DNA of 64,000 nucleotides from Polyangiaceae bacterium (GCA_965225775.1 OZ245328.1:5564914-5628913), one strand, 5' to 3'. Shown: positions 36,301-45,440, numbered from the stretch's first letter. Translations and numbers: made by a program. Notes: generated from the sequence alone by a model not told the origin.

Positions 36301-38850
36301 CTGCCGGCCTTCGAGGCGGCTGGCCCCTTGAGGTTCACGCCCGAAGCCCGCGCTCTCGCCATGACCTACGTGGCGGACTCGCCGCCCGAAGAGCGGCGAA
36401 TTCTGACCAAACGAGCCCAGAGCGTGGCCCGCCTCTCGTCCGTCTTGGGTGAGCCCCGAGGATTGTCGGAGTTGAAGAGCGAGCTGCGGCCTTTGCTGCA
36501 GGCCTACGCCGAAGGCATCGGCCAGCCTCAATCGCAGCAGACCTGCGAGGACGCCGCCGACGTCGTGGTGGAGACCCTCGCCCAGAAGGTGCCTCGCTTC
36601 CCCGTCGCACGCGCCTCGGACGAAGGCGCCAAGATGCTCCGTCGCAAGCTCGAAGACGGCGGAGAGTACCGCGCTCTACAGGACGATCTCGAGGCCCTCG
36701 CGGATCGACCCAAGGAGCGCGCGAGCCTGGCCTCTCAATACGCGCGGAGCTTGGAGAAGCTCGCCTCTCCCCTCTCGACCTTCGCGCACGAGGTGGCCGC
36801 CATCTTGCTGACCGAGGGCAAGATCGACCGCGAAGTTCTGTCGGCCGAGACACGCCTCGACGTCGTTGGATTGCTCGGCACTCACGAGCGTATCGTCGAC
36901 GGCGGACTGGTGCTCGAGCTCGCCGAGACGCTCGTACGCTTGCGCCACTTCGAGACCGTCACGGCCTCGCGATTCCGCCTCTTCCGTACCCGCCGCACGC
37001 GCGTACTGGAGCGCGAGCGCGAGCGCATGCGACTCTCGGAGCTCGTCCCCAAGGTGCTCTCGTCGTTCGTGCGCAACAAGCTCATCAGCGAGGTCTATCT
37101 CCCCTTGGTGGGGCAGAACCTCGCCAAGCAGATCGGGGCGTCGGGTGACCAAAAGCGCACCGACCGAATGGGCCTCCTCTTCTTGGTCTCCCCGCCCGGC
37201 TACGGCAAGACCACGCTGATGGAGTACGTGGCGAGCGTGCTCGGATTGGTCTTCGTGAAGGTCAACGGCCCCGCGCTCGGCCACGACGTCCACTCGCTCG
37301 ATCCGGCCGAGTGCAAGAGCCTCACGGCGCGCCAGGAGGTCGAGCGCATCAATCTCGGCTTCGAGATGGGCAACAACGTGATGCTCTACCTCGACGACGT
37401 TCAGCACACGTCGCCCGAGCTCTTGGAGAAATTCATCAGCTTGTGCGACGCCCAACGCAAAGTAGAGGGCGTTTACCGAGGAAAGAGCCGCACCTACGAT
37501 TTCCGAGGCAAGCGTTTTTGCGTCATCATGGCGGCCAATCCGTACACCGAGACGGGCGCGCGTTTCCGTATCCCGGACATGCTCGCCAATCGCGCGGACA
37601 CCTACAATCTCGGTGAAGTCCTAGGCGCAAAGCAAGACCTCTTCGCGCTCAGCTACGTCGAGAACGCACTCACTTCGCATCCGGTGCTCTCGCCCCTGTC
37701 CGGACGCGAACCGGAAGATCTCTACAAGCTCGTTCGCATGGCCAAGGGGGAAGAGATTCCCGCCTCGGAGCTCTCGCACGGCTACTCGGGGGCCGAGATC
37801 ACCGACATTCTCGCCATGCTGCGCCTGCTCGGCCGGGTTCAAGACGTGCTCTTGCGCGTCAATCACACGTACATCAAAGCCGCCTCCCAGGAAGACGCCT
37901 TCCGCACCGAACCGCCCTTCAAGCTCCAGGGCAGCTACCGAAACATGAACAAGATCACGCAGAAGCTCGCGCCGGTCATGACCGTCGACGAGCTCGAGCG
38001 TACGATCGACGAGCACTACGCGGCCGAGTCGCAGACTCTCACCACGGGCGCCGAGCAGAACCTCTTGAAGCTCGCCGAGCTGCGCGATCGCCTCGACCAG
38101 ACGGGGCGCGCGCGATGGGAAGAAATCAAAGAGGCCTTCAAGCGGACCCGGCGCGGGGGCAAAGAGGGCGACGACCCGGTGGCACGAATGACCGGATCCA
38201 TCTCCGGCGTGGAAGAGCAGCTTCAATTCCTCAACAAGGCCGTGGTGAGTGCGGCCCGCAGCGCCGAGGCGGCGGCCGAACGACCCAAAGACGACTCGCT
38301 CGCCGCGGCCCTCGAGCGACTGGGCGAAGGCGTGGGGAAGCTGGCCAAACAAGACGTACGCGTCACGCTCGCCAATCCGCACCCACAAGTGGTCGAGCTC
38401 GAGGCCATCGTGCAGCTCGGCCAGGCCATGGCCAATGCCGTCGCTCGGGTCTCGGGCCCCGAGTCGGGCGCGTCACAAGCCATCGTGGCCAAATTGGCCG
38501 AGCTCGAGGCCATGCTGGAGCGGCGCTCCGTGGTCGACAAACGACCGGTCGAAGTCGACCTTCGCAAGGGAGACTCGACCAATCTCTTCTGCGACTCGGC
38601 GGGGCTCGTGAAGGGCGTGTTCGTGGGCACCTACGCCAAGGCTCCCGCTCTCCGCAGCGACCTGGTGCTCCAGCTCGTCTTCCCGGGGAACGTCACGGCA
38701 GCCGCCCGCGGCGTCGTCGCGTTCGTGCAGGACGAAGACGGGGATCGACCCGCCGGCTACGGGGTGGCCTTCACCGAGCTCGAAAACGACGGACGAGAGC
38801 TCGTGGCACGTTATGCTCGGGGTCGAGACCCCGTGCTCTACGAGCTGTGA
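33331..38850 (+). CDS. giant (1839 aa) multidomain protein: N-terminal beta-rich region, long coiled-coil/helical regions, P-loop NTPase (AAA-like) domain, C-terminal PilZ-like domain
   Basis: Walker A LFLVSPPGYGKTTL, Walker B VMLYLDDVQ, sensor-like CVIMAANPYTE, Arg RFRIPDM; C-terminal segment ERRSVVDKRPVEVDL...DSAGLVKGVFVGT resembles degenerate PilZ RxxxR / DxSxGG motifs. Confidence 0.7.
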   Translation: MSERNEEGSGVGSLDTGSYEVVKQRLVGHVDDLTKRAERLNEARKEVFGSSAFELLHTSRVRTTNAAQPRDMISVDGHLLFAFAVTLGLKSTPAVEDVFALYKLDPHAEGDGLEPISLEGTFLSTPAFVSDFTTAFRYAKNARILKLKKTDKRLLVIVQIGDKLTDVRVFRFGIDAKGTVAYIDARGEEDNVPPAPFAFSWTRTGREQQVMGPHPHVNVLDEVFVETVGGDLTVKIENNTKDGRGVWREPVADPNQTLDDAEISYAKVGTLILLRVLPYREEKARYLVYNTLKKNVVRIDAIGQACLELPEDQGILFPGGHYVAAQEARIVDADVSDMIYEGMIRAPNGEDVLYVFYREEEGLYLQLPYNLITKDLGAPVRGHGYSLLEDGTMPLFRAPEGAEATRVHPFQVWKTPFSSLEEAERAGRARGGDSYLAKVGNPALVRGISDAFAIRKLALTDSPTRRTFEELCTQAARAIDDHYWIGHTEAFDLKSALKEVRKSADAVLLEFEKVEAYKAQAEKALADAAEAQKELFRSQRPEDVPSAESYLAALSALRTQRGKLVALRELRYVDLAAIDVLEKGVDARFAEVRGSCVSYFESETAWAPVTAGLDELSAKIEATTKSVELAQHQTKLDTLHAQLLLLGETVSGLEVDDATVRTRVLEQLSKALAVLNRVRASFEAKRKEHYGREGRAELAVQLGVFAQAVGAAVGSCRTPEECDAELGKLLLRLEELSGRFGELVEFAEEIDKKREEVTETFGSRRQTLSDERHKRAEALATAGERMLQGIVRKSETFADEEELLAYFASDPMVQKVADSAQKLGALGENVRADEMATRLKVAKQDAVRKLRDKRELRDGDGVKLGGFTFSVTKSAVDLVVVPKDGKLALHLTGTDFYDPLEAPELDELSDVWEQSLASESKAVYRAEYLAFRILDDAVLGREGLDLAKLREAVREGKLGLLVSDVAAKRLDEGYERGVHDLDATAILGQLLPAFEAAGPLRFTPEARALAMTYVADSPPEERRILTKRAQSVARLSSVLGEPRGLSELKSELRPLLQAYAEGIGQPQSQQTCEDAADVVVETLAQKVPRFPVARASDEGAKMLRRKLEDGGEYRALQDDLEALADRPKERASLASQYARSLEKLASPLSTFAHEVAAILLTEGKIDREVLSAETRLDVVGLLGTHERIVDGGLVLELAETLVRLRHFETVTASRFRLFRTRRTRVLERERERMRLSELVPKVLSSFVRNKLISEVYLPLVGQNLAKQIGASGDQKRTDRMGLLFLVSPPGYGKTTLMEYVASVLGLVFVKVNGPALGHDVHSLDPAECKSLTARQEVERINLGFEMGNNVMLYLDDVQHTSPELLEKFISLCDAQRKVEGVYRGKSRTYDFRGKRFCVIMAANPYTETGARFRIPDMLANRADTYNLGEVLGAKQDLFALSYVENALTSHPVLSPLSGREPEDLYKLVRMAKGEEIPASELSHGYSGAEITDILAMLRLLGRVQDVLLRVNHTYIKAASQEDAFRTEPPFKLQGSYRNMNKITQKLAPVMTVDELERTIDEHYAAESQTLTTGAEQNLLKLAELRDRLDQTGRARWEEIKEAFKRTRRGGKEGDDPVARMTGSISGVEEQLQFLNKAVVSAARSAEAAAERPKDDSLAAALERLGEGVGKLAKQDVRVTLANPHPQVVELEAIVQLGQAMANAVARVSGPESGASQAIVAKLAELEAMLERRSVVDKRPVEVDLRKGDSTNLFCDSAGLVKGVFVGTYAKAPALRSDLVLQLVFPGNVTAAARGVVAFVQDEDGDRPAGYGVAFTELENDGRELVARYARGRDPVLYEL

Positions 38851-38936
38851 CAGGACACATGGGGCAAAGCGCCCCGGAGTGCGTGACCGCACGGAGGCGA
38901 CCCCGGCCTTCTCGAGGTTATTTCGACAGGATTTGC

Positions 38937-38952
38937 GGACGGCCCGACCGTT
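38937..38952 (+). promoter_or_regulatory. weak candidate sigma-54 (-24/-12) promoter upstream of REC-REC operon
   Basis: GG(38938-39)-N10-GC(38950-51): acGGcccgaccgttGCt; -12 TTGCT matches, -24 poor. Confidence 0.25.
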
Positions 38953-38979
38953 GCTATGCCCTCATGACCGACGGAAAGG

Positions 38980-39349
38980 AGGCTCTATCATGTCGAACGA
39001 TCTCGTCACGCCCTGGACCGTCTTCGTCATCGACGACGACGACGACAACCGAGAGCTCACCGCCATGCTGCTGACCTCGCGAGGGGCCAACGTGCTCACG
39101 GCGGGCAGCTACGACGAGGCCCTCGGGCGCCTCGCGGAGACCTCGCCCGACCTCGTCTTGTGCGACTTGTCGCTCGGCTCCCACAGTGGAGAGGAAATCC
39201 TCGCCGCGTTCCGCGCCCGCGGGTGCACGGCCGACATCTGGGCCATGACCGGCCACGATACCGCTCCCGAAGGCTTTCGCGGTCTACTCCGCAAGCCGTT
39301 CGGCGCGGACAAGCTGGACGCTCTGGTGCGTCAATCCGGACGGAGCTGA
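38980..39349 (+). CDS. single-domain response regulator (CheY-like REC)
   Basis: 123 aa; ATG 38980 preceded by AAGGAGG; acidic pocket VIDDDDDN, phospho-acceptor CDLSLG, conserved T and K. Confidence 0.75.
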
Positions 39350-39352
39350 GCC

Positions 39353-39811
39353 ATGCACCTCGAGAGGCCACGCACCACGGTCGAAGCGGAAGACGATGCC
39401 GAGCCGCCCTCGTTCGCCGGGGGGGCTCTCGCGGGCGTGCACGTGCTCGTGGTCGACGACGACGAATCGTTGGCGGAGCTGTTCGTCCGCACTCTACGGG
39501 GTGCGGGGGCGAATGTGCGTTCTACACCGAATGGCCGCGATGCCCTCGAGGCACTCCGCGACGGGGCGTTCGACGTGCTGGTGAGCGACCTGGACATGCC
39601 CCACCTCGACGGGCTAGGGCTCGTCTCCGAGCTGCGCGCGTCGGAGCGCCACCGAGGCTTGCCCGCCCTCGCCCTCACGGGGTCCACCATGCCCGACGTT
39701 CGGCGGCGCGCGCTCGAGGCGGGCTTCGATGCATTCGCCACCAAGCCGGTCTTGGCGGACGATCTGGTTGCGGCCGTTCGAAGCCTGCTCGCCACGAGAG
39801 CGCGCACCTGA
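39353..39811 (+). CDS. single-domain response regulator (CheY-like REC) with about 30-aa N-terminal extension
   Basis: 152 aa; VLVVDDDES, SDLDMPHLDG, ALTGST, KP motifs. Confidence 0.7.
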   Translation: MHLERPRTTVEAEDDAEPPSFAGGALAGVHVLVVDDDESLAELFVRTLRGAGANVRSTPNGRDALEALRDGAFDVLVSDLDMPHLDGLGLVSELRASERHRGLPALALTGSTMPDVRRRALEAGFDAFATKPVLADDLVAAVRSLLATRART

Positions 39812-39939
39812 CCCTCGGAGGATTGCGAGCCGCTCGCGGGTTCTGCGAGCGCCGATCGGCCGAACGTCGGGGCGAGTCGGCGTCGGTGCAGGAGGGGCGA
39901 TCGCTCTGGACCGCTACCTCTGCCGTGTACGGCAACGCG

Positions 39940-40599
39940 TCAGAGCGCGGCGACGCGCAGCTCGACTCGACCGCCTTTGTGGGTCTTCACCGTGAGCTCC
40001 CCGCCGTGTCCGCGCGCGATGGCCGCAGCGATGGGAAGTGACACGCCGAGACCATTGGTCGTGGTTGGGCAATCGACGTCGAATCCATCCGGAAACCCCG
40101 GACCGTCGTCCTGGAAGCGAATCAGTAGTCCCGATGCCGAAGATTCGATCGTCAGGTGCGCCTGACTCTTGGCGAAGCGAACGGCATTCAATCCCAGCTC
40201 GACCATGGCAGCGCCCAACAATCGACCGTCGACCGGGAGGTGTGGGACTTCGGGGACCGTCTTGCCGAGAACGATGGACTTCCTATTGGAAGCCTCGTTG
40301 ACCTTCTTCACGACGTCGTCCACCAGGAGGAAAATATCGGTCGGCGCACGCACGACGACCACGCCGAGCCTTTGAATCTCGGAAAAGAGGGCGATCTTCT
40401 CGGACAGCCGAAGCATCTTTTGGGCGCCTCGAGCCGCGAGCGGCAAGAGTGTCTCGAGAGGAGCGCCGGGCTCCTTCGCTTGGTCGAGCGAGGAGGACAC
40501 GATTCCTGCGTGGCCCCGGAGATCGTGAGCCAATCGACGGAGGAACGGGTCCATCAAGCGGTCGAACCCTTCCGCATCGCGCGTGTAGATCCAGCGCAC
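39940..40599 (-). CDS. small cytoplasmic histidine kinase (HisKA + HATPase_c, no sensor domain)
   Basis: 219 aa, GTG start 40599; H-box LAHDLRGH; G-boxes DDGPGFP, GLGVSLPIAAAIARGHGGEL. Confidence 0.7.
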   Translation of the reverse strand: MRWIYTRDAEGFDRLMDPFLRRLAHDLRGHAGIVSSSLDQAKEPGAPLETLLPLAARGAQKMLRLSEKIALFSEIQRLGVVVVRAPTDIFLLVDDVVKKVNEASNRKSIVLGKTVPEVPHLPVDGRLLGAAMVELGLNAVRFAKSQAHLTIESSASGLLIRFQDDGPGFPDGFDVDCPTTTNGLGVSLPIAAAIARGHGGELTVKTHKGGRVELRVAAL

Positions 40600-40600
40600 G

Positions 40601-42013
40601 TCAGCCTACTCGTGGGCCAGGGCTCTGATTCCCGGCGGTCGGTGAGCTATTGGTCACGTCGTAGCGATCGAGCTTTCGGTACAGCGTTCGCCGGTCGAGC
40701 CCGAGCATTTGCGCGGCTTTGGACTTGTTGCCGCCGACCAGCTTGAGCACCTGCCCGATGTAGCGACGCTCGAGCTCGTCCACCGTGACGATCTCGTTCA
40801 TCGTCTCGGCCGAGATGACCACGCGGTTGTTGCGGTAGGCGCGAATGCGCTCGGGGAGGTCTTCGGGAGTGATTTCGTGGAAGCGAGCCATGGCTACCGC
40901 TCGTTCGATGCAATTCTCGAGCTCACGCACGTTACCCGGCCACTCGTAGGCGAGAAGCTTCTCGGCGGCGGCCACCGAGAGCGTCAAGGGCTCGGTTCGC
41001 GAGGTGCGCTTGGCCATGGTCTCCACGAAGTGAGCGGCCAGCTCCAACACGTCCTTCGCGCGCTCTCGAAGCGGCGGCAAATCGATCTTGACCACGTTGA
41101 TACGGAAATAGAGGTCTTCTCGGAAGCGCTTGTGGAAGATCTCTTCTTCGAGGTCTCGATTGGTAGCCGCCACGATACGAGCGTCGAACGGCACTTCCGT
41201 ATTGGAACCGACAGGACGAACCGTGCGCTCCTGTAGAGCACGCAGGAGCTTCGCCTGCATCTCGAGGGGCATCTCCCCGATCTCGTCGAGGAAGAGCGTT
41301 CCGCCGGTCGCCTGGACGAAGATACCGGTACGAGGAGCCTTGGCGTCCGTGAACGCGCCGCGGGCATGTCCGAAGAGCTCGCTCTCCAAAAGATTGGCGG
41401 GAACCGCGGCGCAGTTGATGGCGACGAATGGACCGTCGGAGCGGCGCGATTGCGAGTGAATGGATCGGGCCACGAGCTCCTTGCCGGTTCCCGTTTCGCC
41501 CCACACGAGCACGGACGCCTCGCTCGAGGCGACGCGACCGACGAGATCGTTCACCTTCGACATCGCCGTGCTCGATCCGACGAGGTTGGCGGGGCGGGAA
41601 CCGCACTCGACCAGATTGGCGAGGCGCTTCACCTCGTGCTGCAAGTGACGCGTCTGAATTGCGCGGCCGATGCTCGGGCCGAGGAGCTTCGCGTCGACCG
41701 GTTTGGTCAAGAAGTCGTATGCGCCGACGCGCAGTGCAGCGATGGCGGACTCCATACTGCCCTGCCCGGTCAACACGACGATCGGTAGTCCGGGGCGGCT
41801 CCCGAGGGCACGCTCGCAGAGGGCCAATCCGTCCATTTCGTCCATTCCGAGATCGGTCACGAGGACGTCGAAGTCGGTGGAGACGAGGCGCTCGAGGGCG
41901 TCGTTCGGCGACGTGGTGGTGGTGACCTTGTGACCAGCCGACTTGAGGACCGACGAGACGAGCTCGAGAACGTCTTCGTCGTCGTCGACCGCGAGGATTC
42001 GCCCGGTGTTCAT
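40601..42013 (-). CDS. sigma-54-dependent response regulator / enhancer-binding protein (NtrC family: REC + AAA+ sigma54 activator + Fis-type HTH)
   Basis: 470 aa, ATG 42013; REC ILAVDDDEDVL...VLVTDLGMDEMDG; Walker A GETGTGKE; GAFTDA; ESELFGH; C-terminal HTH RRTLYRKLDRY. Confidence 0.85.
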   Translation of the reverse strand: MNTGRILAVDDDEDVLELVSSVLKSAGHKVTTTTSPNDALERLVSTDFDVLVTDLGMDEMDGLALCERALGSRPGLPIVVLTGQGSMESAIAALRVGAYDFLTKPVDAKLLGPSIGRAIQTRHLQHEVKRLANLVECGSRPANLVGSSTAMSKVNDLVGRVASSEASVLVWGETGTGKELVARSIHSQSRRSDGPFVAINCAAVPANLLESELFGHARGAFTDAKAPRTGIFVQATGGTLFLDEIGEMPLEMQAKLLRALQERTVRPVGSNTEVPFDARIVAATNRDLEEEIFHKRFREDLYFRINVVKIDLPPLRERAKDVLELAAHFVETMAKRTSRTEPLTLSVAAAEKLLAYEWPGNVRELENCIERAVAMARFHEITPEDLPERIRAYRNNRVVISAETMNEIVTVDELERRYIGQVLKLVGGNKSKAAQMLGLDRRTLYRKLDRYDVTNSSPTAGNQSPGPRVG

Positions 42014-42204
42014 GGCGCTGACATTAACACGCAGAAACGAATCGCCAACCCGATCGAGGTGTCTGTGGCAAAGAGCCACACGCGCACAGGATACGGCCTC
42101 ACCATCGAAGAGCGAGCGTTCCGAACCACGCAGATTCGGGCTCCCGAGCGAGACATTTTGTCGCACTCCCCACCTCCGAAACGGGAATTCGACCGGGCAC
42201 TCCT

Positions 42205-42220
42205 TGGCATCGACGGTGCA
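42205..42220 (+). promoter_or_regulatory. candidate sigma-54 promoter (-24 TGGCAT / -12 GTGCA) upstream of DUF1328 gene, divergent from NtrC-like gene
   Basis: TGGCATcgacgGTGCA: GG and GC separated by exactly 10 nt, 9/11 match to TGGCAC-N5-TTGCA; about 60 bp upstream of ATG 42280. Confidence 0.5.
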
Positions 42221-42279
42221 AGAGGGTGGACGACAATCCGACTCCACCTCGAGTCCCCGAAAAGGAAAGAAGGAACATC

Positions 42280-42447
42280 ATGCTTTACTGGGCCGCCGTC
42301 TTCTTCGTCATCGCGCTCGTGTCTGCCGTCCTCGGGTTCGGTGGCATCGCCGCCGGGGCCGCTTCGGTGGCCAAGGTCCTATTTTTGGTGTTTCTCGTGT
42401 TCGCCGTGGTCTCGTTGGTGCTCGGCCGGCGCGCGCCCGCGGCCTGA
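42280..42447 (+). CDS. DUF1328 (YtjA-like) small membrane protein
   Basis: 55 aa; ATG 42280 preceded by GGAAAGAAGGAAC; [40 protein letters not shown]. Confidence 0.6.
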   Translation: MLYWAAVFFVIALVSAVLGFGGIAAGAASVAKVLFLVFLVFAVVSLVLGRRAPAA

Positions 42448-42766
42448 CCATTCCGACCGAACGCCTCGGGCTCGTCGCGCGGATCGCGGGCGGTCCCTTC
42501 GACAGCGGGAGCTCGCCTCGGCGACTCCCGCTTTCGTCATTTCGACTCGGCAAGTGGCGCTCGGGAGACGGAAACGACCCAGCGAGCGCGTTTGCCGGTA
42601 CGCCAAATCGCGACACGCGGGGCAGCCATGCCGTGCCCTCTCGCGCGGTCGACGCCGAATCTACCCAATACGTCGGTGATGAACACATGGCACGAGCACT
42701 GCAATCCCTCGAACCGACTCGCATCGACGATCGATGCGCGTGACCAACCCCTCAGGAGACTCGATC

Positions 42767-43261
42767 ATGCGAACCACTCTGCTCTCTCTCGCCGCCTTCG
42801 CCACCTTCGCGACTCTCGCCGCCTGCGACAAGTCCGCAGCCGACGCGAAGCGCGAGGCCGACGAAGCCACGAACGCGGCGCAAAAGTCCGCGGTCGAAGC
42901 GACGCGCAAGGTGGAGGAGACGACCAAGGAGGCGGAGAAGAAGGTCGGCGACCTGCAGGACAAGGCGGCCGACGCCAAGACCCAGGCCGAGCAAGCCGCC
43001 AAGCGCGAGCGTATCGAGCTCCGCGAGAAGGCGCAGAAGGAGCTCGCGACCCTCCAATCCAAGATCGAGAAGGCCGAAATGGATCTCAAGAGCGCCAAGG
43101 CCGACGTGAAGGTCGAGAAGGAGAAGGCACTCGCCGGATTGCGTGCCAGCCGCGACGCCCTCACGACCGACCTCGCCGAGCTCGACAAGGTCGTCGACCT
43201 CGAGTGGCTCGCCTTCAAACAGCGGGTCGAGCGCGATCTCGACAAGGCTCAAAAGGGCTGA
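42767..43261 (+). CDS. coiled-coil lipoprotein (Lys/Glu/Ala-rich)
   Basis: ATG 42767 after AGGAG; lipobox LAAC; KREADEATNAAQK... amphipathic repeats. Confidence 0.5.
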   Translation: MRTTLLSLAAFATFATLAACDKSAADAKREADEATNAAQKSAVEATRKVEETTKEAEKKVGDLQDKAADAKTQAEQAAKRERIELREKAQKELATLQSKIEKAEMDLKSAKADVKVEKEKALAGLRASRDALTTDLAELDKVVDLEWLAFKQRVERDLDKAQKG

Positions 43262-43312
43262 GTATCCGACCACTCCGCTCTGACGACCGATTGTACCGAT
43301 TGGAGATCCCCA

Positions 43313-44262
43313 TGTCCGCGATGATGCCTCCCCCCTCGTCCGTGCGTCCTCACGTCCCTCAGACGGCGTCCGCCTCGGCCCCTGTGCCCGCAACGGCTGT
43401 CGCTCCGGTGCAACTGCCGGCCGGTCCACTTCACATCGACGCGAGCGCACGCTCCCACGTCGGGACCGTGCGAACGCAGAACGAGGACCAATACCTGGTC
43501 GCCAACCTCACGTCCGCGATGGAAGTGGTGAGCGCGACTTCGTGTGCAGAACGCACGTACTTCGGGAGGAAGCCCGCCTCGCTTTTCGTAGTGGCGGACG
43601 GCATGGGCGGCCACGCTGCCGGAGAGAAGGCCTCCGCCATCGCGCTCGCGTCGGTGGAGACCTTCGTGCTCGACGTGCTCGCGCGGCTCGAGCCGGTCGG
43701 GCCGTCGTCTCCGGCGGCCATGCTAGAGGGCGCGTTTCGTCGTGCCGACGAGGCCGTTCACGACAAAGGTCAATCGCGTGAGCGCCTTCGTGGAATGGGG
43801 ACCACGATGACGATGGCGCTGTTCCAAGGGCGCACGGTCCATTTGGCCCACGCAGGCGACAGCCGTGCTTATCTCCTACGCGACGGGAAGCTCTTCCGTA
43901 TGACCCGGGACCATACGTTGGTCGCCGAGCTGGAGGCCAAGGGCCTGCTCACGCCCGAGCAGGTGGACCACCATCCGTTGAAGCACGTCGTCACCAACGT
44001 GATCGGTGGGGGCACGTTGGGCGTGACCCCCGAGATCACGACGTTCCCCGTCAAGGGCGGCGATCGTCTCCTGCTCTGCTCGGACGGTCTCTTCGACGCG
44101 CTCGTCGACGCGGAGATCGAATACGTGCTCCAGACCACGCCGACCCCCGGCGAAGCGTGCGGCCAGCTCGTCGATCATGCCCTGAAGAACGCCGCCAGGG
44201 ACAACGTGACCGCGCTCGTCGTCTCGTTCGAGGAGCAGGCCCTCCCCATTGACCCGAGCTGA
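43313..44262 (+). CDS. PP2C-family protein serine/threonine phosphatase
   Basis: 316 aa; PP2C motifs GTVRTQNED, FVVADGMGGHAAGEKAS, GTTMTMALF, CSDGL, DNVTALVV. Confidence 0.8.
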
Positions 44263-44273
44263 GCGAGGCCCCC

Positions 44274-44819
44274 ATGCGTTCATTCGGAGTGACGTTCGTC
44301 ACCACGCTTCTCGTGTCGATCGGGCTCGCGCTCGCGGGCCGCGAGGCGTTCGCCGAACCCAAGCTCGCGCTCGAAGCCGACTTCGCATTGCCCGTCTCGG
44401 TCAATGGCGCAAAGCCCGGCGCGGGCGGCGCGCTGCGAGGCGGCTACGACATCGATCTCGCCATCTTGCACGTGATGCCCGAGATAGGCCTCGGCTTCCA
44501 CAAGCTCACGGACTCGGCCGGCCCCTCGGTTTTCCGCGGATTCGCGGGGGGTCGTGTGGGAATCGGCGCCGGGGTCCGCTTGGACGGCTTCGCGCACATC
44601 GGCTACGGCTACCTCGGAAGTCCCGCACCGCCTTTCGGCGCGGTAGACAGCTCGTACGGTGCCCCCATTCTGGACGCGGGCCTCGCGCTCGACTTCACGT
44701 TGATCCCGGTGGTCGACCTCGGCCTTCACGGATCCTACAACACGGCCCTCACCCAGAACGGCGCGGCGGACACGCCTCGCTGGATTGGATTGGGCGCGCA
44801 CGTCGCTTTCGCGTTCTGA
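44274..44819 (+). CDS. outer-membrane beta-barrel (OmpA-N/OmpW-like) protein
   Basis: 181 aa; signal peptide; alternating Gly/aromatic beta-strand pattern; C-terminal ...HVAFAF. Confidence 0.5.
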   Translation: MRSFGVTFVTTLLVSIGLALAGREAFAEPKLALEADFALPVSVNGAKPGAGGALRGGYDIDLAILHVMPEIGLGFHKLTDSAGPSVFRGFAGGRVGIGAGVRLDGFAHIGYGYLGSPAPPFGAVDSSYGAPILDAGLALDFTLIPVVDLGLHGSYNTALTQNGAADTPRWIGLGAHVAFAF

Positions 44820-44927
44820 GCTTACCCCCTTCCTTTTCCCGACAATCGCGCGAGAACGGCGACCTCGACTGCTCTCGGGGTCGCCGGTTTCGTTGCTATC
44901 GCGACGAGGTCTTCGTCCCTACCGGCC

Positions 44928-45440
44928 TCAGGTGGCGGGCGCCTTTTGCGTGAGCGCGCCGAGGTAGTCGCGCTTGCCGAGCCCAACGCCATTGTGTCGG
45001 AGGATTGCGTAGGCGGTCGACAGGTGGAAGAAGAAGTTCGGCACGGCATGCTCCAGGAAGTAGTCCTGGCCGGTCATGGTACGACCTTCCCAGCGGGGCT
45101 GCGTTACCGTGCGCGTGGCGGCGTCCGCGAAGTCGCTCGCCGAGTACGTCTCGAGATTGGCAATCACCGAGCGCACGCGCGATTGCAGCTCGCCGAGCGA
45201 AGCTTCGTTGTCGGAGTGAGTGGGCGCCTCTTTACCGGACACGCGCGAAGCGGCGAGCTTGGCGGTGTCGCACGCGACCTGCACCTGGCGTGCGAACGGG
45301 AACTGATCCGGTGCGAGGCGAAAGCCGAGATAGAGGTTCGGATCGAACCCCTTGGTCTCGGCGTGCACGCGGGCCGTCTCGAGCCACTTGTCGAGCTGGG
45401 CCAGTTGTTTCTTCATTTGCGAGAGGAGCTCGTAATACAT
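44928..45440 (-). CDS. DUF1993 family protein
   Basis: 170 aa, ATG 45440 (MYYELLSQMKKQLAQLDKWLETA...). Confidence 0.65.
   Translation of the reverse strand: MYYELLSQMKKQLAQLDKWLETARVHAETKGFDPNLYLGFRLAPDQFPFARQVQVACDTAKLAASRVSGKEAPTHSDNEASLGELQSRVRSVIANLETYSASDFADAATRTVTQPRWEGRTMTGQDYFLEHAVPNFFFHLSTAYAILRHNGVGLGKRDYLGALTQKAPAT

Noticed and set aside
38800-38820. TGGCACGTTATGCT sigma-54-like motif
   Set aside because: GG to GC spacing is 8 nt instead of the required 10, and it lies inside the 3' coding region of the giant gene.
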